DNA from: Octopus vulgaris
Taxonomy: Eukaryota
Direction of reading: 5' to 3'
Length of the DNA: 64,000 bases
Assembly (NCBI GenBank): GCA_951406725.2
Contig: OX597818.1
Span: 60,946,001-61,010,000 of the forward strand
Every line of letters begins with the position of its first letter. Positions within the stretch are counted from its first letter, which is position 1. Below are positions 38,055 to 52,939 of this stretch, piece after piece. The notes beneath the pieces were generated by a model. That model was given only the letters and a program-made list of their open reading frames with translations. It had not been told where the DNA came from and made no database searches. The position numbers and the translations under genes are program-made.

Positions 38055-39108
38055 TTAAACAGGCAAGTGCTCTTGGTTGCAGCTTAACCTTGGGTTAAAG
38101 GAATCCTCAACTCCTCACATGAAGCCACCCTTTCAGTTATTAATGTAGCTATGGACTACATTTGCTTCTACCATACCACAAGCCAACACCATGTAATTAT
38201 GTAAATATAGTGACATCACAGTAATGAGTAGATTATCAAATGTCATGCATCACTGGTCAGAATGTGCTTCACATTATTTTAGCTTTCAAATGATGCCACC
38301 CTGCTGGTTAGGTGAGCTGTTCCCGAACACACCATTTTTGAATAACTGTTCATGTGATGCTTCACATGTGGAAATAGCATGTAAGAATATCAATTTGTAG
38401 AATATCTTAAACATCTCTCCTTATGGTGGAAGTCTACATGTAACATGGAGTGAAAACTTCATGTTCAAATATCAGTCCATGTTGTGAAACTTCACTTGTA
38501 GAAACATGTAAGAATAACAGTTGTGATATATGTTTAAATTTCTCCACATGTAGTGGAACTTCACATGTGGCAAAATGATGCATGAACATCACTTGTGAGA
38601 ACATCGAACCTACATATCTCTACATGTGGATGGCATTTCTCATGCGGTAACACAATGCACGAAACACTAAAGGACTACGACATTTGAGAAGAACGTGTAA
38701 GGACACAAGTGGAGACCTGCTATGCAAGCAACACATGTAGCAGCGAGAGCATTCATGGGAACGTTGTATAGCAGCGTCACATGCAAGTGCTTCATACAAT
38801 TATCTTGGCAAGATCTAAGATTAGAGTTTGTGTTACTCTAGTTCTACCTTGTCATAGCTGCTGAGAGCAATATTTCCACAAGGACCATTTCTTTGCAAGC
38901 CAAAGCAAGGAGAAATAACAAAAGAACAGAAATATATATAAAAAAATCAGAAATAACATACAAATGACACATGTGATTATTACTGCGTATAGATAAACAG
39001 TGGGAAGTCAGCTACGTACTGATGAAACAAAAAAAAAAGAGCAGTGTGTGTGTCTGTGTGTGTGAGAGAGAGATTATGTACTTGTGTACAAAAACACACA
39101 TAATATGC

Positions 39109-39160
<52 letters not shown>

Positions 39161-39492
39161 GGGAACATGATTATGTGTATACATATATTTGCATGTATAT
39201 CATCATTGTCATTTAACATCCGTTTTCCATGCTGGCATATATATATATACATACATATGTTCATATATGTGTGTGTGTTTGTTTATTATATATACATATA
39301 TATTTATGTACACATGTGTGTGCTTATCTATCTATCTATCTATATATATACTCACACACATGCATACATATATATATATATATAAGTACATAGGTGTGTG
39401 TTTATTATATATATATATGTGTGTGTATATATATATATATATATATCTATATACACACACATGTGTGTTTATTATATATATACACACACATT

Positions 39493-39529
<37 letters not shown>

Positions 39530-39720
39530 GTACATGTGAGTGTGCTTATATATTTATATATGTATATATATATATGTACATGTGTATGTTTATTATTTAT
39601 ATACACACACACACACATTTGTATATACATATTTATGTACAAATGTGCGTGTGTGTTTATATATATATATATATACACACACACATATTTGTGTATATAT
39701 ATTTATGCACATATTTGCAT

Positions 39721-39763
<43 letters not shown>

Positions 39764-40642
39764 TATACAGATGTGTCTGAATATGTATATATATATATAT
39801 ATATGTACATGTATGTGTACACACATACCTACATATTTGTGTGTGTATATATATTTATACATATAAATATGTGTTTGCGTGTGCATATATTTTACATACA
39901 TACATACATATAATTATATATGAATACATTGGGAGAGAAAAGAGAGAGAGAAAGAAAGAGTTTGGTTGTGTGTGTTTGTGTATGTAATGTATTATTAATG
40001 TTGGTTTCTCATGTAAAAAAAAAAGAAAGAAAAAAAGATAAAAAATATGGCAAGATGTTCGTCTTTTGTTTTGTTTTTTAACAATGGACATTGAGGTATA
40101 TAGTTTGCAAATAACCACAGAAAGTCAAGAAAAAAAGGCCAAACAAAAAAAAAAAAGAAAAACGTAATAAATATTGCAAAACTGTGACGAAAGGATGCAA
40201 AGCAGCAGCAGCAGCAGTAGTAGTAGCAGTAGAAGTCTACAAAATAATATGGGAAGACTGAAGGGAAGCTGGAATAGGTTGATGGAGAAATATCAATCGC
40301 TGGTGACTGGAGTGTCACATTTGGTTAGGGAGATATTTTACTGATGGACCTCAAAAATGCTGAGAACAGCTGTTTGTAGGGGGTCATGTATATTTTAGTG
40401 AGAAGCATATATCTCTTTTGCTCTTTTACTGGTTTCAGTCACTTGACTGTGGCCGTGCTGGAGCACTGCCTTTTAGTTGAGCAAATCGACCCCAGGACTT
40501 ATTCTTTGTAAGCCTAGTACTTATTCTATCAGTCTCCTTTTGCTGAACAACTAAGTTACGGGGATGTAAACGCACCAGCATCGGTTGTCAAGCAATGTTG
40601 GGGGACAAACATATATACATATACATACATATATATACATAT

Positions 40643-40686
<44 letters not shown>

Positions 40687-40772
40687 CATACATATATATA
40701 TATACATACATACACATATATATATACATACATACACATATATATATATATATATATACATACATACACACA

Positions 40773-40830
<58 letters not shown>

Positions 40831-41408
40831 CATACATATATTTATACATACATATACATACATATATATGATGGGCTTCTTTCAGTTTCCGTCTACCAAA
40901 TCCACTCACAAGGCTTTGGTCGGCCCAAGGCTATAGTAGAAGACACTTGCTGAAGGTGCCACGCAGTGGGACTGAACCCGGAACCATGTTGTTCGTAAGA
41001 AAGCTACTTACACGTTTTGTTTTTTTTGTATGTGTCTGTGTGTAGTCTTTTATTTGTTTGGCTCATTTGACTGTGGCCATGATAGAGCACCGCTTTTAGT
41101 TGAACAAATCGACCCCAGGACTTATTCTTTGTAAGCCTAGTGCTTATTCTATGGGTCTCTTTTGCTGAACTGCTAAGTTATGGGGACGTGAACACGCCAA
41201 TATTAGTTGTCAACTGATGGTTGGAGACAAACTCACACACTAACATACACACACACGAACATGAATATACTATACCTACGTGAATTATTTTTAAGTATAC
41301 ATTGTCTGGGAGACTTTTCTTATAGTAGAGGAAATCGCTAAATTTTTTGGCTGCTATTTCTAAAAGTTCGGTGTGTGGTAAAGTAATTTTTTTTTACTCA
41401 ACCCTAAT

Positions 41409-41467
<59 letters not shown>

Positions 41468-42149
41468 AAACAGGCTTCTTTCAGTTTCCATCCACCAAAT
41501 CCACTCACAAGGCTTTTGTTGCCCTGAGGCTATTGTAGAAAACACTTGCCAAAGGTACCACACAATGGGACTGAACACGGAGCCATGTGATTAGTAAGCA
41601 AGTTACTTACCACACAGCCACTCCTGTACCCATGTGCATGTGTACTTTTGTAGAGAAATGAGCATGGTTGAGCCTTGTTCTGTTTTTTTTTTTCTTCTCC
41701 CTTTTGGCAATGCTGCAGATGTTCCACGGAGTTTTAACATCAGAATGATGGAGCTTCCCTTCTGTTTATATAAACGAATAAGCAAATCTTCTCTGGAGTT
41801 GTTCATCTTGCTACAAATGCCGGAAAGTCTGTTTATCATATCAAACATACAAACCGTCTTTCGATACTAATCTGCCCCAAACCATTTGTGGTTTTTGTTT
41901 TGATAGAAACTTCTTTTCAAAATTTCCTGTTAATCTCTGTTCCAAACAGTGGCTTTTAATTTTGGTACAAGACCGGCAGTTTTGAGGGGTGGGGGAAGTT
42001 GACTACACCAGCCATATTGCTGAACTGCTTTTTGTTTTATCAACCCCAAAAGGATGGAAGGCAAATTTCAGGTTTGGCAGCAATTGAACTTGGAACACAA
42101 AAAGCCAGAAAGCCTTCTGCTAAGCATTTTAACCAATGGGATAAGGATT

Positions 42150-42718
42150 TCTAATTTTTTTATTGCCCACAAGGGGCTAAACATAGAGGGGACAAACAAA
42201 GAGATTAAGTCAATTACATCGACCTCAGTGTGTAACTGGTACTTAATTTATTGACCCCGAAACGATGAAAGGCAAAGTCGACCTCAGCGGAATTTGAACT
42301 CAGAACGTAAAGACAGACAGAATACCTTTTCCTTTACTACACAGAAGGGGCTAAACACAGAGGGAACAAACAAGGACAGACAAAGAGATTAAGTTGATTA
42401 CATCGACCCCAATGCGTAACTGGTACTTAATTTATCGACCCCGAAACGTTGAAAGGCAAAGTCGACCTCAGCGGAATTTGAACTCAGAACATAACGGCAG
42501 ACGAAATACCTATTTCTTTACTACCCACAAGAGGCTAAACACAGAGAGGACAGACAAACAGATTAAGTCGATTACATCGACCCCAGTGCATAACTGGTAC
42601 TTAATTTATCGACCCCGAAAGGATGAAAGGCAAAGTCGACCTCGGTGGAATTTGAACTCAGAACATAAAGATGGACAAAATACCACTAAGCATTGTGCCT
42701 GGTGTCAGCTCGCCGCCT
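42150..42718 (-). mobile_element. Trimeric SINE
   Basis: Three reverse-complement units; ggataa(a/g)gatttcta flanks. Confidence 0.8.
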
Positions 42719-42782
42719 TGGATAAAGATTTCTAACAATGGGATAAGGATTTCTGTCAGCTCGCCACCTTACAGAAATTTAA

Positions 42783-42982
42783 CCCTTTAGCATTCAGATT
42801 ATTTTTTCAAACATAATCCTGATTTATTCACATTGTTTTGGATTAATTATGCATTAACTCATTGCCTTGAGATTTTGATTATGTGACTGTTTATTTTTAG
42901 AATAACATTGTAAGGTGTGTGTGAGAGACCTGATCTGGCTAGGATTTTTAGGTCTGATATGGTTGGTTTATATGGCAAAGGG
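42783..42982. mobile_element. piggyBac-type MITE
   Basis: TTAA|CCCTTT ... AAAGGG|TTAA. Confidence 0.75.
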
Positions 42983-43864
42983 TTAACAATGACAGGCAAT
43001 TTTCTAAATTCTTCATTAATTTCAAAAATGTGGTAGCAAAAAGGTTAAAAGCAAAACTAGAACATTAGACAATGTAGTCCGAGCTGCACAATGTTTGATA
43101 AACAAAAATATGGAACTGGCTTTGGCTGGAATATCATTGATCATAGAATAAACATAGAACTATTCAACAAAGACATTTGATAGAATCTTTCTAGAACATT
43201 CTTTATCTCTTGGCAATGGAATGACTCCACCCTCTATTTATGGATTCCAAGAGAATTTGTAGCATATTTGTTTGATCTCGTCTGATATTACTATCTTCCA
43301 TAGTCCTTTAGCCATCATTTCACATTTTATTGCTTTCATTGTGTTCTGTTGTCCAACATCATCATCTTCACCTAACCATGCTGGCATGGGTTGGACGCCC
43401 AAACAGAATTCTCCATTGCCTGCTTTGGTATTGTTTGTGCTGCTGGTCGACTTTGCCTTTCATCCTTTTGGGGTTAATAAATTAAGTACCAGTTACGCAC
43501 TGGGGTCGATGTAATCGACTTAATCCGTTTGTCTGTCCTTGTTTGTCCCCTCTGTGTTTAGCCCCTTCTGTGTAGTACGATTGTTAGCCTAATAACCCAA
43601 ACACTGAATCTTCACAGAATTTGTGTGTGTGTGTGTGTGTGTGTGCATGTTTGTGTCTCCCTGTCTCGATGTCACCTGACAGTTGTAAACAAGTGCCACA
43701 GTGGAGCAAGTGGTGTCTTTCATTTCCAGTCTTCTGTGTAAACATGCCAGTCTGTGGTGGTGGTATCACTTTGCTTGGAGACAGGTATGGCTGGGTGAGA
43801 GGAAAGGCATCCACCTGTAGAAAATCTGCCTTAATGAGTTCCATGCGACCATGGGAATCACCAT

Positions 43865-44630
43865 CATCTTCGTTGTTGTTTAATATCCACTTTCCATGCT
43901 GGCATGGGTTGGATGGTTTGACTGAGAACTGGTAAGCCAGGAGGCTGCACCAGGCTCCAGTCTGATCTGGCAAGGGTTCTACAGCTGGATGCCCTTCCTA
44001 ATGCCAATCACTCTGAGAGTGTAGTGGGTGCTTTCTACATGTCACCGGCATGGAAGCCAGTCAGGTGACACTGGCATCGGCCATGTGTGGATGGTGTCTT
44101 TTATGTGCCAGTTAGGCGGCACTAGCATTGGCTATGCTTGAATGGTGTATTTTACATGCCACCAGCTTGGGTGCCAGTCAGGCAGCACTGGCATCAGCTA
44201 TGCACAATGGCGCTTTTTTATGTGCCACTGGCACAGGTGCCAATCAGGTGGTACTGGCATTGATCACAGTTGAATGATGCTTTTTACATGGCACCGGCAT
44301 GGGTGCCAGTCAGGCGGCACTGGCATCAGTCATGCTTGAATGGTGCATTTTATGTGCCACTGGCACGGGAGCCAGTCAGATGGCACTGGTATCGGTCACA
44401 CTCGAATAGTGCATTTATGTGCCTCCAACATGGGTGCCAATCAGATGGCACTGGCATTGGCCACAGTTGAATGATGCTTTTTACATGGAACCAGCATGGG
44501 TGCCAGTCAGATGGCACTGGTATTGGTCACACTCAAATTGTGCATTTTATGTGCCTCCAACATGGGTGCCAGTCAGATGGTACTGTCATCGGTCACACTT
44601 GAATTGTGCATTTTATATGACACCGAGCAC
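43865..44630 (-). mobile_element. RTE-type tail with expanded ~60-bp tandem array (44040-44630)
   Basis: Repeats of tgccagtcaggcggcactggcatc...gaatggtgc.ttttatg. Confidence 0.8.
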
Positions 44631-45803
44631 ATATAAAAACAATGGTTGTAGTGATGATGGTGATGACAATGATGATAGTGATGCTGATGATAGTCATGAT
44701 GATGATGATTGTGATGGTGGTGGTGATGAATTTTATTTTGCCGTCCCCTTAACTCCCCCTAAATTATTCTTATATCAACAATGCTTTCGTCTCTATGCAT
44801 CTGCAATACAGAGCATCACATCGCACCCAACCTCCAGTATATTGCTATCATTATATTTCGTTATCTCACTATATATTACTATCATTAAATTCTATAATTA
44901 AACACTTCATTATTATTATATTATTAAATATAAAAATAGTGAATTTTATAGCTTTTCATGCCGATATTTTTGTATTCTGTAAATTTTTGGTATTTCTCTA
45001 AATATTCTTAATATACAAGTTAGCCGAACCCACTTGTAAACTAAACAGCAATTTCTATATAATTATAAGTTGTTATCTCTTGGCAAAATGGCAACTTTAA
45101 GCAGATTCTGATGAAAGATAATGGACATGAAGCTGGTTTCTCTCTGATGATGCTTATTTTTTCTGATTCATTCCATGGAAAACATAAATATATCTTAGTG
45201 AAATTAATTTTTTAGTTTTTTTATATATTTTAGTTTTTATGCTAAGCATAGTGTAATGGGAATTTTTCAGTGCCTTCAAAATTATTATTATTATTATTGT
45301 TGTCGTCGTTATAATAATTATCATCATCATCATCATCAGTATATCATATTATTAAGATGGTGATTTTGTAGAATTGTTAGCATGTCAGACTGCATGACAA
45401 GCAGTATTTCTTCTAAGCCATTACATTCCAAGTTCAAATTCCACTGAAGTTAGTTTTGCTTTTCCTCCCTCCCGGTTCGATAAAACAATATAAAAGTTGA
45501 ACATAAGAGTTGATGTAATTGACTTTCCACTTCCCTCTAAAATTGCTGGCCTTGTGCCAAAATTTGAAACCATTATTATTATTATTGTTTTCGTTGTTAT
45601 TATCTCCACCTTAGCGAAGGCGGAAGTATTATTTTCAGTTATGTTTGTTTGTCCATGGACAAAGATATCTCAAGAACCACTAGATGAATTCACATGAAAC
45701 TTTCAGGGATGTTTGGCCTTATGACTGGCACAAACTGATTTGATTTTGGGATCGATCTGGTACCAGACAAGGATTCTGGATTATTTGTTATATTTACGTT
45801 ATA

Positions 45804-46398
45804 CCCAGGAAAACCTGGGACAAGGTGGTGAAGCACGACCTTCGAACTTTAGGTCTCACTGAGGAAATGACTAGAGACCGAGACCTTTGGAAGTATGCTG
45901 TGCATGAGAAGACCCGGCAGGACAAGTGAGTCCATAACCCATGGCCTCTACATGGGATGTAGCCAGTCGATTTATGCATACCTTTCCTTCTTGGGACACA
46001 AAACTCTACTTGTGAAGACCTGTTGAGGCAAGTGAGAATCGAAATCGATCAACATCAATGGAAATTGCAGCTGTGATACCAGTACCGGTGGCATGTAAGA
46101 GAACCATCTGAACGTGGCCGTTGCCAGCACCGCCCCAATTGGTCTCATGCCAGTGGCACGTAAAAAGCACCATCCGAACGTGGCCGTTTGCCAGCCTCGT
46201 CTGGCACCTGTGCAGGTGGCACATAAAAAGCACCCACTACACTCACGGAGTGGTTGGCGTTAGGAAGGGCATCCAGCCATAGAAACATTGCCAGATCAGA
46301 CTGAGCCTGGTGCAGCCTTCTGGCTTTCCAGACCCCAGTTGAACCGTCCAACCCATGCTAGCATGGAAAGCGGATGCTAAACGATTATGATGATGATG
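45804..46398 (+). mobile_element. RTE LINE 3' end with ORF C-terminus
   Basis: PRKTWDKVVKHDLRTLGLTEEMTRDRDLWKYAVHEKTRQDK* (stop 45927-45929), then 3'UTR and (gat)n tail. Confidence 0.85.
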
Positions 46399-46756
46399 AA
46401 GTATTATGATCTTATGTTTACTTTCAAGTTTTTCTCTGATTATCTCCCTTGAAAGCATGCTCATGGTTTCCATGTAACTTATGACTGCATTGCTCTTTCT
46501 AAAGATTTATATTCGCTTCTCTTTTATTAATTTTATTTGCATCTCTATCTTAGAAACTGATGGATAAAGAAATCAAATTACATAAACAAATGGCAGCAAA
46601 ACCGTTCAGAAATTAAATAAAACTAACATATTCAGTAACAATAATTATCCTCGACAATTTTTCGTTTTACCAGTTTCGAAAATATCGCTCCTTTTTAAAA
46701 CCTCTTTGCATTTCTAGCTCTGCCTTGCAGAAAGCTTTACTTCTTGGACTCAAGTG

Positions 46757-46907
46757 TTTTGTGCGCAACGATGTTGTTAAACCTCTGTTAGCAGCACCAT
46801 ATGTCGGTAATTTCCATTTTCTTTCACGCTCAGATAAATTTTTCACTATAGACCTTAATGGTCGTAAAGTCACTATATCTGTGGATAGACTAAAAAGGCC
46901 TTCATAG
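46757..46907 (+). pseudogene. Gypsy/Ty3 integrase C-terminal (GPY/F region) remnant
   Basis: FVRNDVVKPLLAAPYVGNF..LSRSDKFFTIDLNGRKVTISVDRLK matches the typical VFVR.D.....L..PY.GP...VS.DRLK pattern. Confidence 0.8.
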
Positions 46908-48134
46908 AAAAAACTGTCCCTGTTCCCACTGCCGATGACACACACACACACAGTATTACAAACATGGCCCGCACACCCACTTTCACATTCCATGATTACC
47001 ATTGGGATCGATGAGGTACTGGACAAAGATTCTAGATTATTTTTCTGGTTTTTTTCAATTAATTTTTGAGAGTGGTTGGGTTCATATTTATTATTCTCAT
47101 ATGTGAGGGCTGTTTGAATTTATTTCGGATATTCTTATTTTAAAAATAATCTCTGGCTAATCGTCGAGAGGACGTTGGTGTTGCCTTTGGCAGAGGTTTG
47201 CACACTCTGAGTGTTCTTATTATTCTTCTTCCTATTATTATTAGGTGGTGAGCTGGCTGAGTTGTTTGCATGCTGGAAGAAATGCTTAGCAGTATTTTGG
47301 TTGTCTACTATAGCCTCTGACTGACCAAAGCCTTGTGAGTGTATTTGGTAGATGGAAACTGAAAGCCTGTCGTGTGTATATATATATATAATATATATGT
47401 GTATATATATATATTGTGTGTGTGTCTATATATGTGTGTGTGTGTGTCTATATATGTGTGTGTGTATATATATGTGTGTGTGTATATATATATATGTGTG
47501 TGTGTATATGTATGTATATATGTATAGTGTATGTGTGTGTGTTTATCCCCCCACACACCATTGCTTGACAATTGATGTTGATGTGTTTACGTCCCTATAA
47601 CTGAGCAGTTTGGCAAAAGAGATCGGTAGAATAAACCCTGGGGTCAGTTTGTTCGACTAAATGTGGTGCTCCAGCATGGCTGCAGTCAGATGACTGAAAC
47701 AAGTAAAAGAATAAAAAAATGTATTGGGATTTGATTCGTTTGACCCAAATCCTTCAAAGTGGTGCCCCAGCATGGCCACCATCTAAACCTGAAACAGAGG
47801 ATTCTAAACATCCCCAGGAGCACATTTCACCATTTTTGTTTCTATTTCTTGGTTTTCATTCAAATTAATTTTTCCAATCTAGGTTTTTAACGAATAAACG
47901 AATTCCTATCCTTCACTCAACCATTTTCACTTTTCTCTGCAACAAAAACTTACAAGAAAATATTTTTCTCCTGAATGAGAAAAACTGTCTGTTACATTGC
48001 ATTCTTTATCCCTTACACACACATACACACATACATATCTATCTGTCTATCTATCTCTCTCTCTCGCTCTCTCTCTATCTATCTATCTATCTATCTGTCT
48101 GTCTGTCTATCTGTCTAACTATTTATATATATAT

Positions 48135-48180
<46 letters not shown>

Positions 48181-48289
48181 GCAAACACACACATATGCTC
48201 TGGCACACACATATATACTCACACACAGATTGGCAAACATGGTCTGACACACATACTCATACATGCACTTTCTACACTTACACACTCAT

Positions 48290-48326
<37 letters not shown>

Positions 48327-48588
48327 TACTGAGATATGCAGAAACCCATACATGCATACCCCCTCCACGCACACACATATACTCACGCACAGATGCATAA
48401 ACCCCATGCACACACACATACATACATACATACACTTTCTACACACTCACACACACACATACACACAAACATACTGAGTTATGCAGAAACTTATACATGC
48501 ATACCCTCCACACACACACTCTCTCTCTCTCTCTCTTACACACATATATATACTCTAGCATATGCACACGTACATATATATATCTATC

Positions 48589-48658
<70 letters not shown>

Positions 48659-49733
48659 CATAGATATGTAGCATATACATATATACTCTCACACATGCAT
48701 ACATACTCTCATACTCACACACATATATAGGCAGAAAACACATTACATACTACATGCATGTGTACACACTGTCTCTCTCTCTCTCTCTCTCATAGACATA
48801 CACACACACACACACACTCCCTCACACACATTTCAACACTCACCCAATGTACTCCCCCACCCCCCACACCCTGCGCCAGTGATTAATAGACACAGTAAAA
48901 TATCTACCTTCCACATGATTTGAAACTAAAGTTTAGGGTGAATTTCTGTGGATGCGAGCTGTGAAATGTGGCCTGTTCACTTCAGATAACTATTGCTGTT
49001 CAATAACTTATCTATTTTGGCCATACTTCACACACTTCTCACAGTCTCTCCTTCTCTCTCTCCCCACTCCCTCTCTCTCTCTCTCCCTCTCCTCTTCTCT
49101 TCTTCCCTCCCTCCCTCTCTCACGTTCTCTGTATTTACATTACCTACATTTTTCAATGCTGTTTTTCAAAAATCAATACCTGATATATTTAATATGTTCT
49201 ATTACTAATTGTTAATAATTCTTGCAAAGACTGCTACTAGAGTTTTACATTAGGTGCAATGTGTTTTTTTGTTAGTGGTGGTTTTTTTTTTTTACATGAT
49301 GAATAGACGAGTTTTAAAAACACCTCCTTCAGAGCAGACACATTAAATTTATATGATGTGAAGAATGGTGATGGTGTTGAGGATGATGGTGGTGGTGGTG
49401 GTGGTGATGACAACAAAAACGGTGGTCGTGGAAATGGCGGTGGTGGTGATGATGACGATCATCAGCATCATCGTCGTCGTCGTCGTCATCTAATGCCTGT
49501 TTTCCATGCTGGCATGGGTTGGACGGTTTGACAGGAGCTGCTAAGGCTGAGAGCTACACCAGGCGCCAGAGGTTTGCTTTGGCATGGTTTCCACCGCTGG
49601 ATGCCCTTCCTAATTGCCAGCCCACTTTACAGAGTATATGGGGTGCTTTTTTTTTTTTTACATGACACCAGCGCTATTGCTCCTTGTGTGGAAACTGCAC
49701 AGTTGCTTTTCATTTGCTCCAACCCACAAGACT

Positions 49734-49856
49734 AGGGCCTCTCAAACCCGCAAGACAAGGGCCTCTCAAGACAGGGGCCTCTCAAACCTGCAAGACAAGG
49801 GCCTCTCAAACCCGCAATTCAAGGGCCTCTCAAACCCGCAAGACAAGGGCCTCTCA
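49734..49856. repeat. ~24-bp minisatellite (agggcctctcaaacccgcaagaca)
   Basis: About five copies. Confidence 0.85.
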
Positions 49857-51218
49857 GCTGCAAAAAGGGGTGGAACTGAGCGATAAGAGTATGATACAGG
49901 GATAGAGGTAGCCCCTTACTATCAAAGAGATACTTGGCTTTGTGAGTAGAAGGAAGAAGAGGAAGGTGGGAAAGAGAGAAAGAGGGAGTGGAGGATAGTA
50001 GTGATGATGATATAGAGGTTGGCAATGATGACAAACCGGATGACAAGACTGATGGAATGATGATGGTAGCTACTGGGTTGATAATAATAATGACAATGAT
50101 GACGACGATGATGATGACTACTGTGATGATGGTGATGACAATGAACAATAGAAATCTCAATTCTCTGATCTCTTCCCCAGCATCCGTGTCACTTGCTCCA
50201 ACCTTGATCCCCCCATCCCCCACCCCTCACCAAAGATAAAAGGACTCGACCAAAGGCCTCACCTTCCATTTCCTAATTCATCTTTGCTCTCCAGACTACA
50301 AACCATCTCAATTTCAGTTTAAAAGCTGCTGTTGGTCACATGTTGAAGCCAGTGTGATGTTGGTGGTGAGGATGATGATGATGATGATGATGATGATACT
50401 GCTGCTGCTGCTGATGATGATGATGCTGATGATGATGTCACTTGTCTGAACAACAGTAAAACGGACTTCACCCTTTTGTTACTCTGTTGTTGAAATCACT
50501 AGGCTTTTCTTTTTTTTTAATTAATTTTGAAAATAACAAAGAATTTATTGATGTGAATCTATTGTTATTAACCCTTTAACCATTCGACCCAGCCAAATCT
50601 GCTCCAAGTAACCTTCCTGTCTTATGTTCAAACCGGCCAGATCCAGCCTTTCATACCTGTTCTACAATGTCGTTCTAAAAATAAACAATCACATCATCGA
50701 AGCCTGGAGGCTAGCACCATCCGAGCGTGATCATTGCCAGAGTGGCTAACTGGCTTCCGTACCGGTGGCACGTAAAAGGTACCATTCAAGCGTCGCCTTA
50801 CTGGCACTTGTGCCGGTGGTACGGGAAAAAAACATTCGAGCGAGGTCATTGCCAGTACCACCTGACTGGCCCTCATGCCAGTGGCATGTAAAAGCACCCA
50901 CTACACTCTCTGAGTGGTTGACGTTAGGAAGGTCATCCAGCTGTAGAAACTCTGCCAGATCAGATTGTAGCATGGTGCAGCCATCTGGTTCGCCAGACCT
51001 CAGTCAAAATCGTCCAACCCATGCTAGCTTGGAAAGCAGACGTTAAATGATGATGATGATGATGATGATGATAATATTCAATTTTTCTCTTCCAGTCTAA
51101 GAGAGAGGAATTCCATTGTTGCTTGACTCTGAAATTTTTACCTCTGGATTCTTACTCTGGCCGCCATGCTTTTCAATAACTCACCTTCTCTACTGCTAAT
51201 TAACATCAAATAGTTTAA

Positions 51219-51831
51219 CCCTTTAGCATTTAAACAGGCCATATCCAGCCCCAATACTTCATCTGTTTTGTGTTAAAACCAGCCTGATCTGGCCTCTCAC
51301 ACCAACCCTACAATATCATTCTAAAAATATGCAATTACATCATTGAAATCTTAAAGCTACAAGATAATCTTTATATATAAAAGTGAGGTTGTGTGCTGTC
51401 TGTCTCCTACGATTTAGATTCCTAACTACTCCCACATTTTGCAGTGCAGTTTAACCAAAAGCAGGTATCTTATAGTCGTGATTCATATCGAGCCCTTCTG
51501 GGTATTAGCGCACGTCTACGATTTTAAAAATAATTTACCATCATTTTTTTCCATTTTAATGCATTTTTTCGCTATCATATAAGGGAAGTAACTCTCTAAA
51601 AATGTCTAAGATGAGTCAACGATTTAAAAAAAAAATTTACCATAATTTTTTTCCATTTTTAATGCATTTTTTTTTTGCTATTTTTTGGCTATAACTGTCT
51701 AAAAATGCTTATATAGTTATTTCCCTTACAAACCCGAGCAACGCCGGGTGATACTGCTAGTGTCTGATAAATTCAAAACAATGTGAATAAATAAGCTTTA
51801 CATTTGACAGAATAATTTTAATACTAAAGGG
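51219..51831. mobile_element. piggyBac-type MITE containing a nested Helitron
   Basis: TTAA|CCCTTTAG ... CTAAAGGG|TTGA. Confidence 0.75.
51368..51760 (+). mobile_element. Non-autonomous Helitron
   Basis: A|TCTTTATATATAAAAG ... CTAG|T. Confidence 0.85.
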
Positions 51832-52004
51832 TTGAAAGAAACTAGCAACTACAACCAGGGTTCCTTCAACTCTTTTGAAACTAATTTATCTCATGGATGA
51901 TCTTACTGCTAACCTCCTCTGCTGCTGCCTACATTTCTTTGTACCATCTCCTTCCCCTCTGCCAGCCTATCAATTATCTCATGGCACTTCTTTTGTATCC
52001 ATAA

Positions 52005-52391
52005 CTAGCAGTATAGCCCGGTGTTGCTCTGGTTTGTTTCGACCCTTTAGAATTGGAATTTTTGAAAAGTAAAAATTTTGCATTATGTAGCTTGTTATTC
52101 TCTTCAAGTGAACATTTTTCTGGTTGAAATACACCGAAAAATGGCAACACAGCAGTCAAAAAATCGTAAAAAATAGGGGTTTTCATAGAAAAAAAGCATG
52201 TTTGATGTAAATAATTTTGGGTCTCAACATGGTCCGATTTTAATTTTTTCTTCTACAGAAGGAAGAGCACGTCTTCTATCATACTCTCAATTTTGGTCAA
52301 CTTGCACCGCAGGGTCTCAGAGGAGATAGTGTTAGTTGAAGGCTACCAAACCTGCCATACACAGACAACTTCAGCTTTATATATAGAGAGA
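52005..52391 (-). mobile_element. Non-autonomous Helitron
   Basis: A|CTAGcagtatagcccggtgttgctc ... atatagagaGA|T. Confidence 0.8.
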
Positions 52392-52939
52392 TTTACATTC
52401 ACTATACTTTGCACATAACTCGTATCCAATACTTTTTCTGCTTATTGAATTTGGCCACTTCCATGGCAGTGGACTCCTGATTGCAGAGAGAGCTGTAGTG
52501 TTCTCTCTTCTTTCCTGCAAAAACTTTTTGTCGTTGTTAGGTTTGCGTTAATCCTCTCTTTCCATTTTTCAAATATAATAAAGAATTTATTAAAATAGCT
52601 CTCGTTATCAATATAGTGTTTGGAATATAAATTAACAAATTTTGATGGAAGGATGGCTTTAAAACAGGGAATTTGTATCATAGAACCAAAGGGTTGGGAT
52701 CTGCATTGGTTTGTATCAAAAGGTTAGAATCTCTTGATTCTAGGTTTTGTTTAGTGTAAGCATAATTCTATTTCATTTTCCTATTTGTGTAACATATTTC
52801 AGTTCTCGTGTGGTGAGCCTGAACATAAGCTATGGTTTAATAGGTGGCGAAAATAACAGCATAAAAATGCTTTTAAAATCTCTGAAGTATCTGATATTGT
52901 TATCAAATGAAGAAAGATATACATGAGAATAAATTCATG

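Larger units (their letters stand above)
45601..47217 (+). mobile_element. Possible Helentron-associated (HINE-like) element split by nested insertions
   Basis: 5' ctccaccttagcgaaggcggaag hairpin; 3' ttggcagagg plus gcacactctgagtg stem-loop. Confidence 0.3.

Noticed and set aside
41719-41870. Acceptor followed by a ~50-codon open frame
   Set aside because: No donor or recognisable protein; both strands equally open
44040-44630. CRISPR-like regular repeats
   Set aside because: Units are contiguous without unique spacers, eukaryotic context, no cas genes
51096-51213. Strong acceptor and GCCGCCATG Kozak-like site
   Set aside because: ORF only 15 codons, no donor, flanked by repeats
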